Shown piece after piece: positions 26,361 to 40,719 of a DNA stretch of 64,000 bases. The DNA is from Octopus vulgaris (taxonomy: Eukaryota). Below the pieces are notes generated by a model. That model was not told where the DNA came from and did not search any database. It saw only the letters and a list, made by a program, of their open reading frames with translations. The first letter of the stretch is position 1, and the number at the start of each line of letters is the position of its first letter. The stretch spans positions 102,424,001-102,488,000 of the forward strand of contig OX597819.1 in the NCBI GenBank assembly GCA_951406725.2, given 5' to 3'. Made by a program: the position numbers and the translations under genes.

Positions 26361-26654
26361 CAACATACATATATACATACATACATTCACACATGTGTGT
26401 ATGTGTGTGTGTGTGTGTATACACGCACACTCAGTTATCTTTCCACGTTGCCATTTTATAACTATGCCACTCAGATTATTCACCTCATGAATTGATTAAT
26501 TTCTCTGCCACACAGACAATTAGGCTGCTCCATTCTTCTCAAGTGGCCCCACTTTTATTGATTTTTACTTATGTATAATAACATAGATAACTGGCATATA
26601 TGTAGATAATACACACACACATGCGCGCGCCCACACACATGGATATCTACAGTC

Positions 26655-26711
<57 letters not shown>

Positions 26712-26951
26712 TTACATTTAATGAATTTCAGAAATTCGAGAGATCTGAAGTAGATTATTCTTTTATTTTAACAGTGAAACTCGAAGTAGATAAAGCTATA
26801 AATAACAACTTGTAGAATATTGGGCCAATAAACGCATTCGATGCCAAAATCGAAAGATTGCTCGTGGGATCACGGATTTTTCCGTTTCAAGTGTTTGTTT
26901 GTGTTTTACCTAGTATGTGTGAGTGTGTGAGTATGTGTATGTATGTGTGTG

Positions 26952-27079
<128 letters not shown>

Positions 27080-27173
27080 TAGATATAAATGTATATATAT
27101 ATGTATGTATATGTAAATACATATACACGTACACATACACATATAGAAATAAATATATATATACACACATATA

Positions 27174-27391
27174 CGAGGGTGGTGAAATTTTCCTGGCTTT
27201 GGGTACAAGATAATAGAGGAGGATCAGTATGCTGCTATAAGTTTCACACTCATATGCCCCTCTAATATTCACACACATATTGCAGTGTCCTTCAGTTTTC
27301 GTAAACGCTGTAAAAGAACTAGAAAGGTTGGTCCTCCAAACAAGCCCTTCGTGAAACATTGAATGGCAGGGGCTTTTCAGCATCGCATCCC

Positions 27392-27392
<1 letters not shown>
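27174..27392 (+). mobile_element. ~220-bp mariner-type MITE
   Basis: Degenerate TIRs TA|CGAGGGTGGTGAAATTTTCCTG ... CAGGGGCTTTTCAGCATCGCATCCCG|TA; no coding capacity. Confidence 0.65.
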
Positions 27393-27430
<38 letters not shown>

Positions 27431-27544
27431 GGCAAATGTGTCGTATGTGCATGTACGTCAGCAAATATAAGTACGTTACTTTTTAGAAACAAGAGGGGAA
27501 AGTACCCAATACATAGTACTGTGCTAAATGTTTACATTATGGTT

Positions 27545-27740
27545 AAGGCCCGAAATTTTGGGGGCGGAGGCCTGTCGACTTGATCGCCCTCAGTACGCAA
27601 CTGGTACTTAATTTATCGGACCCCGAAAGGATGAAAGACAAAGTCGAGCTCGGCGGAATTTGAACTCAAGACGTAAAGACAGATGAAATACCGCTAAGAA
27701 TTTCGCCCGGCGTGCTAACCTTTCTACCATTTCACCGCCT
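27545..27740 (-). mobile_element. SINE family S2 (tail T2)
   Basis: Matches 37060-37217 and 13900-14057. Confidence 0.85.
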
Positions 27741-27842
27741 TATATGATCTGCAAAAGTAACGTGATTCTGCGTTGTAACATGGAGTAAATTTGCAATATA
27801 ATAACTATTGTATATATTAATGTGATTAAATATATATTTAAA

Positions 27843-28105
27843 GGCGCAATGGCCCAGACGTTAGGGCAACGTTCACGCGGTCGGAGGATCGCAGTTTCGA
27901 TTCCCAGACCGGGCGTTGTATGTGTGTATGGGTACAACCCTTGTTGTACCTTTTCAACCCGACTTTTTCTCACTCTCTCTTCCTCTTTCTTGAGTAATGC
28001 GGCAATGGACTGGCGACCCGTCCAGCTGGGGTGGGAGTGGAACACATACGCCACAAAACCGGTAAACCGGACCCATGAATCTCGCTAGGCTTGAAAAGGG
28101 CGCAT
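27843..28105 (+). mobile_element. SINE family S3 (tail type b)
   Basis: Head GGCGCAATGGCCCAG...GTTTCGATTCCCAGACCGGGCGTTGT shared with 9385; 3' part GCAATGGACTGGCGACCCGTCCAGCTGGGG...AAACCGG differs. Confidence 0.8.
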
Positions 28106-29229
28106 AAAAAATATATATATATTTATGTATATATATATCTGTGTGTACATGCATGCGTGCATCTATGTATGTATGTATGTATATGTATGTATGTGTGTGC
28201 GTATCTAAGTATATATGTCTGTGTGTACATATGTATGCATGTTTATATGTATATATGTAGATCTGTGTGTGTGTGGTTGTGTGTGTGCATACACACATGC
28301 ATTTTATTCCTGTTGTTTATCTTTTTCAAATTCAAACACAATTTTTCATCCCATTTGTAATCTTCAGTATATTTTCCTTCGCTTACGACAGTTTAATCTC
28401 GTTCCTATTATACTTATATTACTATTGTTGATGCTGCTGTTGTTGCTTAATTAATATTGTTCTTGTGTTGTTTAACTTATTGTTTTCAATCTTACAAAGT
28501 TTTCCTGTACACATACACACATACACACACACACACTCTCTCTCTGCTTCTATCTCTGTCTATCTATCTATTTATCTATCCCCCTCCCTCTCTCTCATAT
28601 ACGCATTCATATATATTCGAAATTGATTGCCGAGGATGGCTTTTATTTTAAAGGTATTTAGGAAACATTTCATTATTTATCTTTACAAGAACACTGATAT
28701 GAGGCTATAGAAACTGTCTCCTCCAATCTCATTGCATACACACACACTCACACACACAAAAATATACATGCATTCATATATATATATATATATATATATA
28801 CATACACAATATATATGTATAAATAAATATATTAGCATACACACATATATACATATGTGTCTGTGAGTGTGTGTATGTGAGTGTATTGTTTGTAAGTTTA
28901 TGTATTTATAAAATTATAGTAGACGATGGATGCATAGATATATGTATACACATGCAAATAATATACAAATGATATATATCTATGTTGGTAAACATTCGTG
29001 TGTGTGTATGTTTGTATATATAAGTGTGTTTGCATGTATACTGCGAACATATATATGCGTGTGTGTGTGTGTTTATTTCGATGTGTATTCCGATCAATTC
29101 TGTGTAATTAAGATTATCTGAAAATATCAAAATATATTTGATATACATAGACACACACCTGTATACACCTGCACACTCTACATACAAATACAGATAAGCC
29201 AAAAAATACACACGTTACTTATATATATA

Positions 29230-29314
<85 letters not shown>

Positions 29315-29794
29315 GTGTGTGTATATATATATACATATATATGTATATATACATATATATATATATAAGTAACGTGTGTATTTATATATATATGTATATA
29401 CACACACACAGATTATATATGCATATATACATATGTATATAAGCATACACACACTCTCACACACACACACATATATATATATCAAGTAAACACTTGTATA
29501 TGTAATTTGCATGAAGATAGTTTGAACAACTCCCAATACACTTTAAAGATAATAATTAACGAATAATAATTAACAAATAAAAGAATAAATAAATAAACAA
29601 ATTATCTACACATACATGCACACACTTAATGTTATATAGATATACAGACCAGACATAAAACCCAGCACACTCAAAAGCACAGTTAGGCAAACGCGCACAC
29701 ACATATGTACATATATGCTTCTATATGTCCTTGTGTGTGTGTGTTTATAGATATTTGTATATATGTCTGTACGCATATGTAAGTATGGGTATAT

Positions 29795-29960
<166 letters not shown>

Positions 29961-30673
29961 TATATATTTATATATCTACTTATACTTTATATACTTATAC
30001 TTATATACTTATATATATATATATATTATATATATGTACATCTGTGTGTATATATATATATATGTGTGTATTAAATCTCTCTATATGTGTGGGTATGTGT
30101 GCGTATTAATTCTTTATATATATATATATATATGCATATATATATATGTATAGATTTAATAATATATATGCATGTATATACATATATACATACATAGACA
30201 CACACATATATATATATATACGTATATTGATATGTATGTGTGTATATATATATGTATGTGTATATATATCTACATGTGTATGTATAAATATATATGTATA
30301 TACAAATGCATACCTACGGGTTAGTGTCATTCTCTTTATTCATTATGTAAAATATGACGCACAGAGATGTGCAAACAACCTTCACGTACACAGAGATACA
30401 CACACCGAGACATACACGCACACACACACACAACGCATACACACATATACACATGCATATACACAGATATACGCACGTAGATATACTTGCACAATAGATA
30501 TATTATAAACACTTCAAACGATGGTGCCAAAGATTTAGATGAGAGAAAGAGTTTAATAAAATACTTCCCTACTGTTGAAAATTAAAAGTTATTTGACTCC
30601 AATATAATGAGAAAACCGCTTTATACGAATAGCAATAAAAATGCAATAACAACTACTGCAATAAAATAATAAA

Positions 30674-30752
<79 letters not shown>

Positions 30753-30977
30753 TATGATGATGATAATGATGATGATAATGATGATGATGGTGGTGGTGAT
30801 GGTGATGGTGGTGGTAGTGGTGATGGTTGTGGTGGTCGTGGTCGTGGTGGTCGTGGTCGTGGTGGTCGTGGTCGTGGTGGTCGTGGTGGTAGTGGTGGTG
30901 GTGGTGGTGGTGGTGGTAGTGGTGGTGGTTGTGGAGACGACGACGACGACGACGACGACGATGATGATGATGATAAT
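30674..30977. repeat. Mosaic trinucleotide array (ACT, AAT, GAT, GGT/CGT, GAC, GAT)
   Basis: Direct reading; explains the homopolymer ORFs here. Confidence 0.95.
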
Positions 30978-31255
30978 CCCGGTTACGGAAATTGAAGTAA
31001 GGGAGGATAGTGCCAAATATTGTTGGGTCCTTGGGAACAGTATCAGAAGACATCAAGAGGAATACAAAGGAAATTGGAAGAAAGTGCCTAGGAGAACTGT
31101 TACAGAAGGTTTGCTTCCTTGGCACGGACAGAACAATCCGGAAAGTATTAGATAGCTGAAAGGAACGAATAGCATGGTACGGTAGGATGCAGGTGGTAAG
31201 CCGCTACGCATGCAAGACTCCAGGAGCTCCAACAAAACTTGTGACATACAGAAAA
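30978..31255 (+). mobile_element. R4/Dong-like LINE 3' end (family C)
   Basis: IVPNIVGSLGTVSEDIKRNTKEIGRKCLGELLQKVCFLGTDRTIRKVLDS*, then 3' UTR ending in AATAATGATAATA; homologous to 60820-60977. Confidence 0.8.
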
Positions 31256-31269
31256 TAATGATAATAGAA

Positions 31270-32208
31270 GAAAGCTATAAATACCTATGCTGGTACAACT
31301 GTGCTACAAGACCATCACAATAGCACTGGACAAGTAGTTATCTACTACAGAAGACTGGGTGCTGCGGCTTTGTGCAAATACGAAAGCAGTAAAAAAAATC
31401 ATATTCTTTTGTCAATGAAGTTTGCTAATTCGCAAGGGAACTCGGTATCAACACGAATTAGATTAAGAACCTGAAACCACTGACGCCAAACGAGCAACAC
31501 TGACGAAACACACTGTAAAAAGAACGGACAGAAATAAATTGAGGAGCGTTGGGGCCGGAAGCCTCTGCAAAGACAGTAAATACTTCGGAACCGAAATGCT
31601 GATGTAGGCCAAGCAACAAACCATCAGTGGCTGAAAAGTCCAGTAGAGACTGGAGGTTTCATATTGGCAGCACAAGATCAAAGCTTGCTTACAAAAACTA
31701 TCAGGCTAACGTTTTTCAAAACGGTTCTGACCAGAAATACAGATTCTGCGATAAATTTTATGAAACAATAAACCATTTCGCCTCGAGTTGTCCTGTGCTG
31801 ATATCAAACGAATATAAAAATAGCCAGGATAGGGTAAGACAGAAAGTATTTACAATGGAAAATAGGTAAACACTACAAAATCAGCAATCCTGCTTACTGG
31901 TATGGACATCATCCTGAGCCAGTCGTAGAAGGAAAAACTGTCACTATCCTCTGAGTTTTTCCAGTCAACAGCAAGAGAAAGATCCAGGCAAATCGACCAA
32001 ACATAGTCATTAAAGACAAGGGAGAAAATACTTGTAGACTAATAGTTGTTCCCACTGATTAAAATATATCTAAAAAAGAATTTGACGAATTAAGTAAATG
32101 TAAGGACCTGGAAATTAAAATAAAACAAAAGATGTGGCATTTTAAAGCGAGAACTGCTCCTCTTATTATGAGTGATCTTGGTATGATAAGAAAGGGATGT
32201 CAAAAACA
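31270..32208 (+). mobile_element. R4/Dong-like LINE fragment with CCHC knuckle and RLE (family A-like)
   Basis: HQWLKS..ETGGFILAAQDQSL, YRFCDKFYETINHFASSC, WYGHHPEPVVEG, KIQANRPNIVIKDK, KKEFDELSKCKDLEI..KMWH; many stops and frameshifts. Confidence 0.85.
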
Positions 32209-32209
32209 A

Positions 32210-32268
<59 letters not shown>

Positions 32269-32530
32269 TTCATAAGGGCTTCAGGAGGGATGTAGTTTAC
32301 TGTACACGGACACAGGAATTTACTGGTATCCCAGAATATATTCGCGCATGTTTAAGTCTAGCATTCACAATGTAGTCTCTAATAAAATTCCTCACAGACA
32401 TCTTGCTTCCAACATATTTATTTGTACGTATGTGTATGCGAGTATGCATGCGTGCATGCGTATACACACATACACTTATACACATATGCATACCTACATA
32501 TATACACACGTATATATGTACGCATATATG

Positions 32531-32566
<36 letters not shown>

Positions 32567-34055
32567 AATATGAATATATATATATTTATGTATGTATGTT
32601 AGCACGCACACATATATAGATATATACATGTACACACACAGACACACACACACACACACACACATGTATGTACGCAGAAACATCTACGTAAACATACATA
32701 TATATATTTGTATATGAACATATAAGCACAAATCTTCAAATATCTGAAGATGTATATAAGTATGTGTGTGTGTGTGTGTGTAAGCATGTGTGAAATTGGA
32801 CAAGTTAGCGCGCTTTCATCTATTAACAACTCCCAAGGGGGAATTCTTCAAAAGCATAGTTTCATGTTAAACCCTCTACCGCTGTTTATACCTCCATATT
32901 CAACTATCCCTCGACCTACCCATTTACCCGACCAACTAAATTTATCCCTCCACCCATCCCCTAATACCCTAACCAACCGGCCTACCAACCATCCACCTAA
33001 GATAGTTGCTTGTTAACCGGACGTTCTCGACCGGAAGATATTAAATGCGACGTCGTCCATCAGTTTACAGTTTACACGACACGGTTTTATATTAGCCCAT
33101 TGTTTCTACAATGTTGCTTTAACACCCGACCTTTGCAACCCTGAATTTCATTTATTTATTTTTTAATGCTTTTTGTTTATTTATTTATTTTATATTCAAC
33201 CATCGTCTAAATAATTCATTTCTCCAAACCATCCTTCTACCCCACTTTTCTTTTTCATTTTACTCCATCACTAAACCGCTTTACTTTTTACATACGCAAA
33301 AAGAACGACGTGCTATAGTTATGGTATCGTGTGCTTAGGTTGTGACGGGTGAAAATGGGGACCAATAAGCGGTGATTGTTTAGATGTTGGGGGTTAATGC
33401 TAGGAAAGGGTTCACTTAAATCTCCTTACTGGAGTAGTGAAATTTTGTGGAGTGACGTCTCCTCGTTTCTTTCTTTCTTTTCTTCTCTCCTTCTTATTTC
33501 TTTTTATGTTTCTGTTCGCTCATTTTATTTTTCTATGTTGTACTTTTTCGTTTTAATTGTCTCTTTACCGAGTGGTGAAGGGTCATAATTTCAGGGTTTT
33601 TTTTTTCTATCATTATCATTTGATCTCTGGTTGAAGTATCTCATTTGTTTACCCTTAACATGTCAGGAAATGTACACACACTCATACACAGAGATGCTTG
33701 GACACACATATACAGTAAAATTTGTACGTCTCAGGGCAAAAAAAAAAAAGAACTCACACATATACAAACTCACATACCTGCACCACTCACATATATATAT
33801 ATAATTTACACTCGAGCGAACGTACAAGCGTTTAATGGGGTGGCTTGACCTGGTAGAAATAATAAGCAAGTATACCTGAATGTTTTTGTTTGTTTGGTTT
33901 TTGTTGAAGTAATTAAAGTTACATTGCGTAATACTAAATATACTGAAATAATACTGAATGGTTGTGACTGAAAAGCATTTTATCCCAACAGCTATTGAAT
34001 CATTTGATCATTAAAATGTAGTAAACAGATCTATTTCCAATTAAATCTTGACGCT

Positions 34056-34270
34056 AGGCAGCGAGATGATAGAATTGTTCGCACGCTGGGTAAAATGCTT
34101 AGCGGCATTTTGTCCGTCTTTACGTTGAGTTCAATTTTCACCAAGGTCAGCTTCACCTTTCATCCTTCCGGGACCGCTAAAAAAAAATACCAGTTCAAGA
34201 TTGGCTTCAGTGTAATCAACTTACCTCGTCTCCGGAATTTACAGGCCATGTACCAAAATTTGAAACCAAT
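34056..34270 (+). mobile_element. Older SINE family S2 copy (tail T2)
   Basis: AGGCAGCGAGATGATAGAATTGTTCGCACGCTGGGTAAAATGCTTAGCGG...CCTTTCATCCTTCCGGG. Confidence 0.75.
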
Positions 34271-35269
34271 TATATCTTAAATCCCTTTAAAAAATGGAAG
34301 GACACATTTTCTAATGTACTTTTGCATATATGAGTAGTAAAAATATCATGGCTGGAAAATCTTTGGTCGTAAGTCTGTAAGACTGCACAACTGGACACAG
34401 ATATTTTTTGTGAATGGATATTATTATAAATAGAAATTGAGGAAACCTATAAAAGGGAGATTACTATTAGTTGCGTCAATACAGAAACAAAAAGTCGTCA
34501 AAGTAAATGGTTCAAGTGATATATTCTAAATCAGACTAAGTTTGATATTGTCAACACCAGAACTGATTATTAGTGGTAGAGTAAAGGCGGAGGATAGTAC
34601 GAAACTTCAGAACAAGGAGCAAAATACCTTATAGTTTTTGTTCCGACTTCTTAAATCCAATTGCAGTTCATTTGACTTTTTATCAAACCAGGATCGATAA
34701 TTCGAGAATTGTTGGATCATTTGAGTGAATATATTTGTCCTGGCTCTTTACACTTTGACTTTGCTTGCGATGGCACCGATGCCAAGCCGACTGAATCCCC
34801 TCTTTTCTTTTCCTTTAGATAACATCATTTTCAGGAAGAAGAAAGACTACAGCTGAGGTGTGTTTCACCACACTGTACCAAGACTCTCAGTCCACCATTA
34901 TTTTTGGCAGGTTCTCAGTTTTATGTTCTATATTTCTGTCAGTAACGGTCTTTGTCCAGTATGACTTGTTCAGCACGATAGAACTGGTCAGCAATGTTTA
35001 TACTGCAATGAACAACAATAGTGTGTGTTCATAAATATCCTCTTTGGAAATACTGCAGGAAAACTACAGGATAGACTGATCATAAAAGAGCAATATTAAG
35101 CCATATCTACGCTTTGGACAGGAGTAGATATAGAGTCAAAAATAATCGATGGAAGGAGTCATCACTTGTTTAGACATGCGCAATACGGCATTTAGCTTCG
35201 ACTCTTTAAGTTGCAAGATTGGTTAAGGTATAAGATCGGAGGTCTACCGCCTTTACTATTGCAGCTACT

Positions 35270-35850
35270 CCAAAACTGATGAGATTGTATCTGTGAAAGT
35301 TCCGTTCAAACTGTTCCAAATGCCGATAGTGAAGATCAGCATTTGGAACAACTGTGGGGGTTTTGGCTGAATGCCATTCATATTTAGAGGGATTCTTGTG
35401 AGAGGGTGTTTATTTGAAATAAAATTACTTAAGTTTTTATCCTCCAATTAAATAAGACAAGATAGGCATGATCTCACCGAAGGTTGTTTTCAATCTATTT
35501 ACTAATGGAGTAAATGCAGTTTTTGGTGTGTGGTGCTAGTGTGCTTCTGGGTGATGCATGATGTATTGGGGAGAAATAAAGGGTAGTGTCACCAATACGA
35601 GCAAGTGCTGGTGGATGTGGCGGCAAGTGTTTCATTGATGTTTAGGATGAAGAAAGTGAGAGACAAGATCGAATTCTAGGGAACGAGTAAAAGTGGGGCA
35701 GAAAGACCACCGATACAAGTAGATCCAAGATCTAAGAGGAGGGTGGAGACCGTATGTTAGACGTTTGAAGAGAAGATTTGCACGCCAGACACGGTCGAAG
35801 GCTTTGTTGAACGGCAAGGAGTAGACTAGCTACACTGAAATCCATGAGCA
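35270..35850 (-). mobile_element. CR1/L2-superclade LINE reverse transcriptase relic
   Basis: NKAFDRVWRANLLFKRLTYGLHPPLRSWI, then VP*NSILSLTFFILNINE and a decayed YADD-region GDTT; downstream ISNKH..PLNMNG. Confidence 0.7.
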
Positions 35851-35851
35851 A

Positions 35852-36580
35852 CCGATAATATAGATTATGTCATATTTCTGTGCAAGATATCACACGTGAT
35901 TAGTTGCTGCCTCGAAATGTCATCAATGTACTACCTTCCTATACGGCATGACATTATCGCAAAATTGCAAAATCACTATACACTGCCATTCGAAAAAAAG
36001 CCTGTCCTGTTAAAATTATAGAGAATTCCCCTATTATTGAACAGATGCACAAACAACTGCACAAGTAATACTGATGGAAATTTCCATCAGAACATTTGTC
36101 ATGTGGAAACGTAACAGGTCGGATATTGTCGTTTGGACAGCCAAGAGAAAAAGTTTGTACCGTCATAGAGGTCAGCTGTCCTGCTGATGTGAATATAACT
36201 TTAAATATCAAAGAGAAAGAAGCTAACTATGGACAACTGCTCCGAACCCTACAGATTCTATATACGGATTATACATTCATATTTATATCAATAATAATTA
36301 ATTTACTTGGTTATGTGGGCAAGTGCCTAAGTGACAATCTGGATAATTTAAGGTTTTCAGAAAAAGAAATCAAGTATCTGATTCGCACATTACATGTACA
36401 ATGTGTAATGTAATTACAAGTACATTGTGTAAGTGGGTACGGGAAAATTATGCAAGGCTTTCTCAGGTTTCAAATATGACGTTGATTTTGTTTTCTACAT
36501 TCTACCGATGCTGATTTGTAACCTTGTAAGAAGCCAGTTCCTTTCGCAGAGAAAGAATTTAAATAATTAAAATTACAAGA
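35852..36580 (+). mobile_element. R4/Dong-like LINE 3' portion (family D-like): CCHC, RLE, 3' UTR
   Basis: RLCHISVQDI/HVISCC..YYLPIRHD, NRSDIVVW, CTVIEVSCPADVNITLNIKEKEANYGQLLRTLQILY...NLDNLRFSEKEI; ends in degenerate CATA. Confidence 0.8.
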
Positions 36581-36985
36581 AATCATACATAGATGCATAC
36601 AAATATACATATATATGCACACACTTATATAATCTACACACACATTTATAATATTGAGCATACATACGCAAAATATGTATATATGAATATATGTAGACTA
36701 TATTTGTGAGTGCGTGCATGCGTGTATGTGTGCGTGTGCTAGCACGTCCTATCCCACTTTTATTTTTGTTTTATCCTGGTCCTTTATTTATCACATTGTT
36801 CAATATCCTTGCATGTTTTGTTGTTGTTGCTGCTGCTACTGATGCTGGTACATCCCTATATTGCTAATCATAAAGGTTTACATCGCATCACAAATCACAT
36901 TGTTTCATTCTTTTCTGCTATTCCTCCTTCTACAGGTAACCACCATCACCACCACCACACCACCACCATCACGAACACCAATACC

Positions 36986-37217
36986 TATTTCTTTATTACC
37001 CACAAGGGGCTAAACACAGAGGGGATAAACAAGGACAGACATAGGTATTAAGTCGATTACATCGACCCCAGTGCATAACTGGTACTTAATTTATCGACCC
37101 CGAAAGGATGAAAGGCAAAGTCGACCTCGGCGGAATTTGAACTCACAACGTAACGCAGGCGAAATACCGCTAAGCATTTCGCCCGGCGTGCTAACGTTTC
37201 TGCCAGCTCGCCGCCTT
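36986..37217 (-). mobile_element. Full-length SINE family S2 (tail T1)
   Basis: Head AGGCGGCGAGCTGGCAGAAACGTTAGCACGCCGGG, B box GAGTTCAAATTCC, core GTCGACTTTGCCTTTCATCCTTTCGGGGTCGATAAATTAAGTACCAG. Confidence 0.9.
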
Positions 37218-37416
37218 ACCACTACAAACCCCACCATAATTCCAAAACCATTGTGGTCTACCATTACTAACATCATCAACACCAAGAAATATTACTACCT
37301 CTGTCCCTACCACATCCATGCGCATGTCACTTTACGTGCTGCAGATAGCAAGCATATTGCATACTCATGAATTCAATACAGATTTATGTACATATGCATG
37401 CATACACACACACACA

Positions 37417-37500
<84 letters not shown>

Positions 37501-37650
37501 AATGTATACATATATGTGTGTGTGTGTATATATAAAAATCTACATATACATATGTTTATGTATATATATATCTATATCTATCTATCTATATATATATATA
37601 TATATAAATGTGTGTGTCTGTGTACATACGATTAAATACGTAAATGTGTA

Positions 37651-37688
<38 letters not shown>

Positions 37689-38249
37689 TATGAGATGGGC
37701 GGAAAAGCGTTAAGTATAGTTGTTGCGAAACATTAATTTCAGAGTCCGAAAAATAGTTATTTAGCGGGAGCAGGCATAAGGCTTTCTAACTTTTCTGGCT
37801 TTACCTTATTTTCCCCGTTTTCACTCTCTTTATTAATTTATTAATGTATTTCTTTATCTTTCTTTTCTTTTTTTTTTTTAAATATACTTTTATATTTAAT
37901 GTGTGTTTTCTTGCAGGAAATTGGTGAAATACAGGAGAAATCTGGACGAAACGATGGCTTGTGCAGACATTACTAAAATTTTGCTGAAGCGTCTGATTGT
38001 AGGAGGTTGGACTGTATCTCTTTCAGTCTATACATTGCCAAAATTTGAAGTGATTTAAATAACGACCTCCATATTGTTAGTGTTGGAAGCCATAGTATAA
38101 TCATATATATATATATACATACATATATACATACATAGTACGTACAGGTATACATATATATCTAAATATTTACAGTACATACATACATACATACATACAT
38201 ACATACATACATACATACATGCATACATATATAAATACATACATACATA

Positions 38250-38618
38250 GTAATTATTGAGGCCCTGGGATATGTAACACACTGTCTAGATGCCAATCTC
38301 GAGAAATTAGGCTTCTCAGTTCCAGAAAGGAGAAAGCTAATTCGAAGACTACAGATCCAGTCCATCACTGGAACTGTAAAAATCTGTAAAGCATTCCAGA
38401 AGTTCATCATTTGAATATATATGTGCATGTCTAGATATGCAACTATATGCACGAGAATACATACATAAAACAAATCGTACAAATCTGCACATATACATAC
38501 ATAGAAACAAAAATACCCTGTTTTTGATGTTGAAATTCCAATGAAGGAGCCTTGGATCTAGGTTAGAAACTGGCTCTCTCTCTATTGACAAGAAATCTTG
38601 AAATACAATTGAATAATG
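38250..38618 (+). mobile_element. 5'-truncated R4/Dong-like LINE (family D) inside (CATA)n
   Basis: IIEALGYVTHCLDANLEKLGFSVPERRKLIRRLQIQSITGTVKICKAFQKFII* (stop ~38414), then 3' UTR; (ACAT)n at 38177-38248 and 38619-38732. Confidence 0.85.
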
Positions 38619-39189
38619 ACATACATCCATGCATAAGCACACTCAGACATGCATGCATACAAACATACATACATGCATACATACATACATACATACATAC
38701 ATACATACATACATACATGCATACATACATACAGATATATATATATATATACATACGTACATTGCGATGATGGTTGTCTACGTCTTAAGCAGAATTTGAC
38801 CACCTCTTGTACTTACACTTTAGACCTAACATGGCGTCTTACGCGGCTTTTTAAACCAGACAATGGTTAAAAAACCCACCCACATAAATTGCATATTTGA
38901 TTTGGACCACCAAGAGCTGCAGTAAAGTTCTGACCTTTATCGATCTTAAAATGACGTTGGAGGCCATATGGTATACACGGAATTGACACGTATGCATAGA
39001 TAGATAAGCAGATAAGTTGGTGAAAGTTCACTTTTCATACGTCCGCAGTTGAGATTTTAGCCCAGCAAAAGAAAGTCAAGGTCTGCCACAAATTGTGCAC
39101 ACAAAATATTTGTTGAGTTTCATTTCCTAGTTGATCGTAGCATACATGCTTTATACATACATACATACATACATACATACATACATACA

Positions 39190-39223
<34 letters not shown>

Positions 39224-39987
39224 CATACATAAATACATATATGCATACATACAAACATACATATATGCATGCATGCATACATTCATATTTGAATATATAT
39301 TTATATATTCTTACATTTTTGTTACCGATTTTTCCCTCCACTAAATCTACTGTCCAATAATTAGGGATAAGTGCTGATGTATCTACAATTATTTGGACCC
39401 GTAAGCTTTTTGCAGGTACCATATTAGAAAACAAGTTAATAGAGGCCATTTCCTATACCATCTTTGTAGCAACTTCGCTTTCATTTCTCTACGTTCTAAT
39501 GCAATTTTAAGGAAGATCACGAAGGCTTCAATGCTAGATTTCCCGGTTCTGTGTAAATAATTGAAAATAGCCAAGTTTAATTAAGGGCCAACTTGGTTGA
39601 TTTTCGCGAGTCAATATATATTTCAACACTGAGCATCAGCAAGGTCTGCACAAAGCTTCCAATACTTGGAAAGTTGAGACTTTTCTTCATTCTATACTGA
39701 AATGAGTAGAAATAGATACGAATTTATCAAGTTACATTTTTACTCAGTAAATACTTCAATTCGTATATTGCCATCAGTTTGATTTCATTCTTCTCTCTTT
39801 TACATTGCGCAATAGATTTTCGTTCTCCTGGACTTCTCTATTGCATCAGCAAGAATATACATATTTACACATTTGTATCAACAGCGACCACTTGTCCCAT
39901 GTGGTCAAACGCTACAATACATTTTTCAATCGTATAATAGATATCTTCTAAATCGCGATTAATGTGTTTGTATTTGTGTGTAGATAG

Positions 39988-40064
<77 letters not shown>

Positions 40065-40144
40065 AAGAGAAAGTGAGTGAGAGAGAGAGTGAGAGAGAGA
40101 GTGAGAAAGAGAGAAAGAGTAATATACATATACATAGGCACATA

Positions 40145-40184
<40 letters not shown>

Positions 40185-40258
40185 TGTGTGTTATAAATGA
40201 TATTGTCTTCACAATATGTATATACATACGATTTATATATAACACCCGCATACGCGCG

Positions 40259-40294
<36 letters not shown>

Positions 40295-40719
40295 AATATG
40301 CATACACACAAAGACATATACATGTATATATACACACTCACACAGTCTATATTTTCCTTGTGTACGGGTCTATGTATGTTCATAAAATACAAATTTTTAT
40401 TCAAGAAGTTAATCCTCTGAATTACTTTCATATTGTTGATATATCTATATCGATCACTTCTTTACATCCGAAACAATACAGCTTCTCTTGATTATACATC
40501 ATGCTTATGATGCGGATGAATTTTGCCTTTCCCTCAAGTTGACTTAGTCATGTTTACTGAAATTGAGTAGTTGGAAACTTATGTGGAAACCTGGCTCCTC
40601 TACTTGTATGAAGACTTAATTTGCCACCCTGCTAATCCCCACCAACTGTCTCTCTCGTGTATTAGCGGGTACAGTCTCTTGTGATACATTCGATACAGTT
40701 CTCTGGCCTGGGGTTATTT

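Noticed and set aside
30589-31155. Gly/Arg-rich (RGG-like), poly-His and poly-Val ORFs
   Set aside because: Mosaic trinucleotide array running into an out-of-frame LINE fragment; no gene structure.
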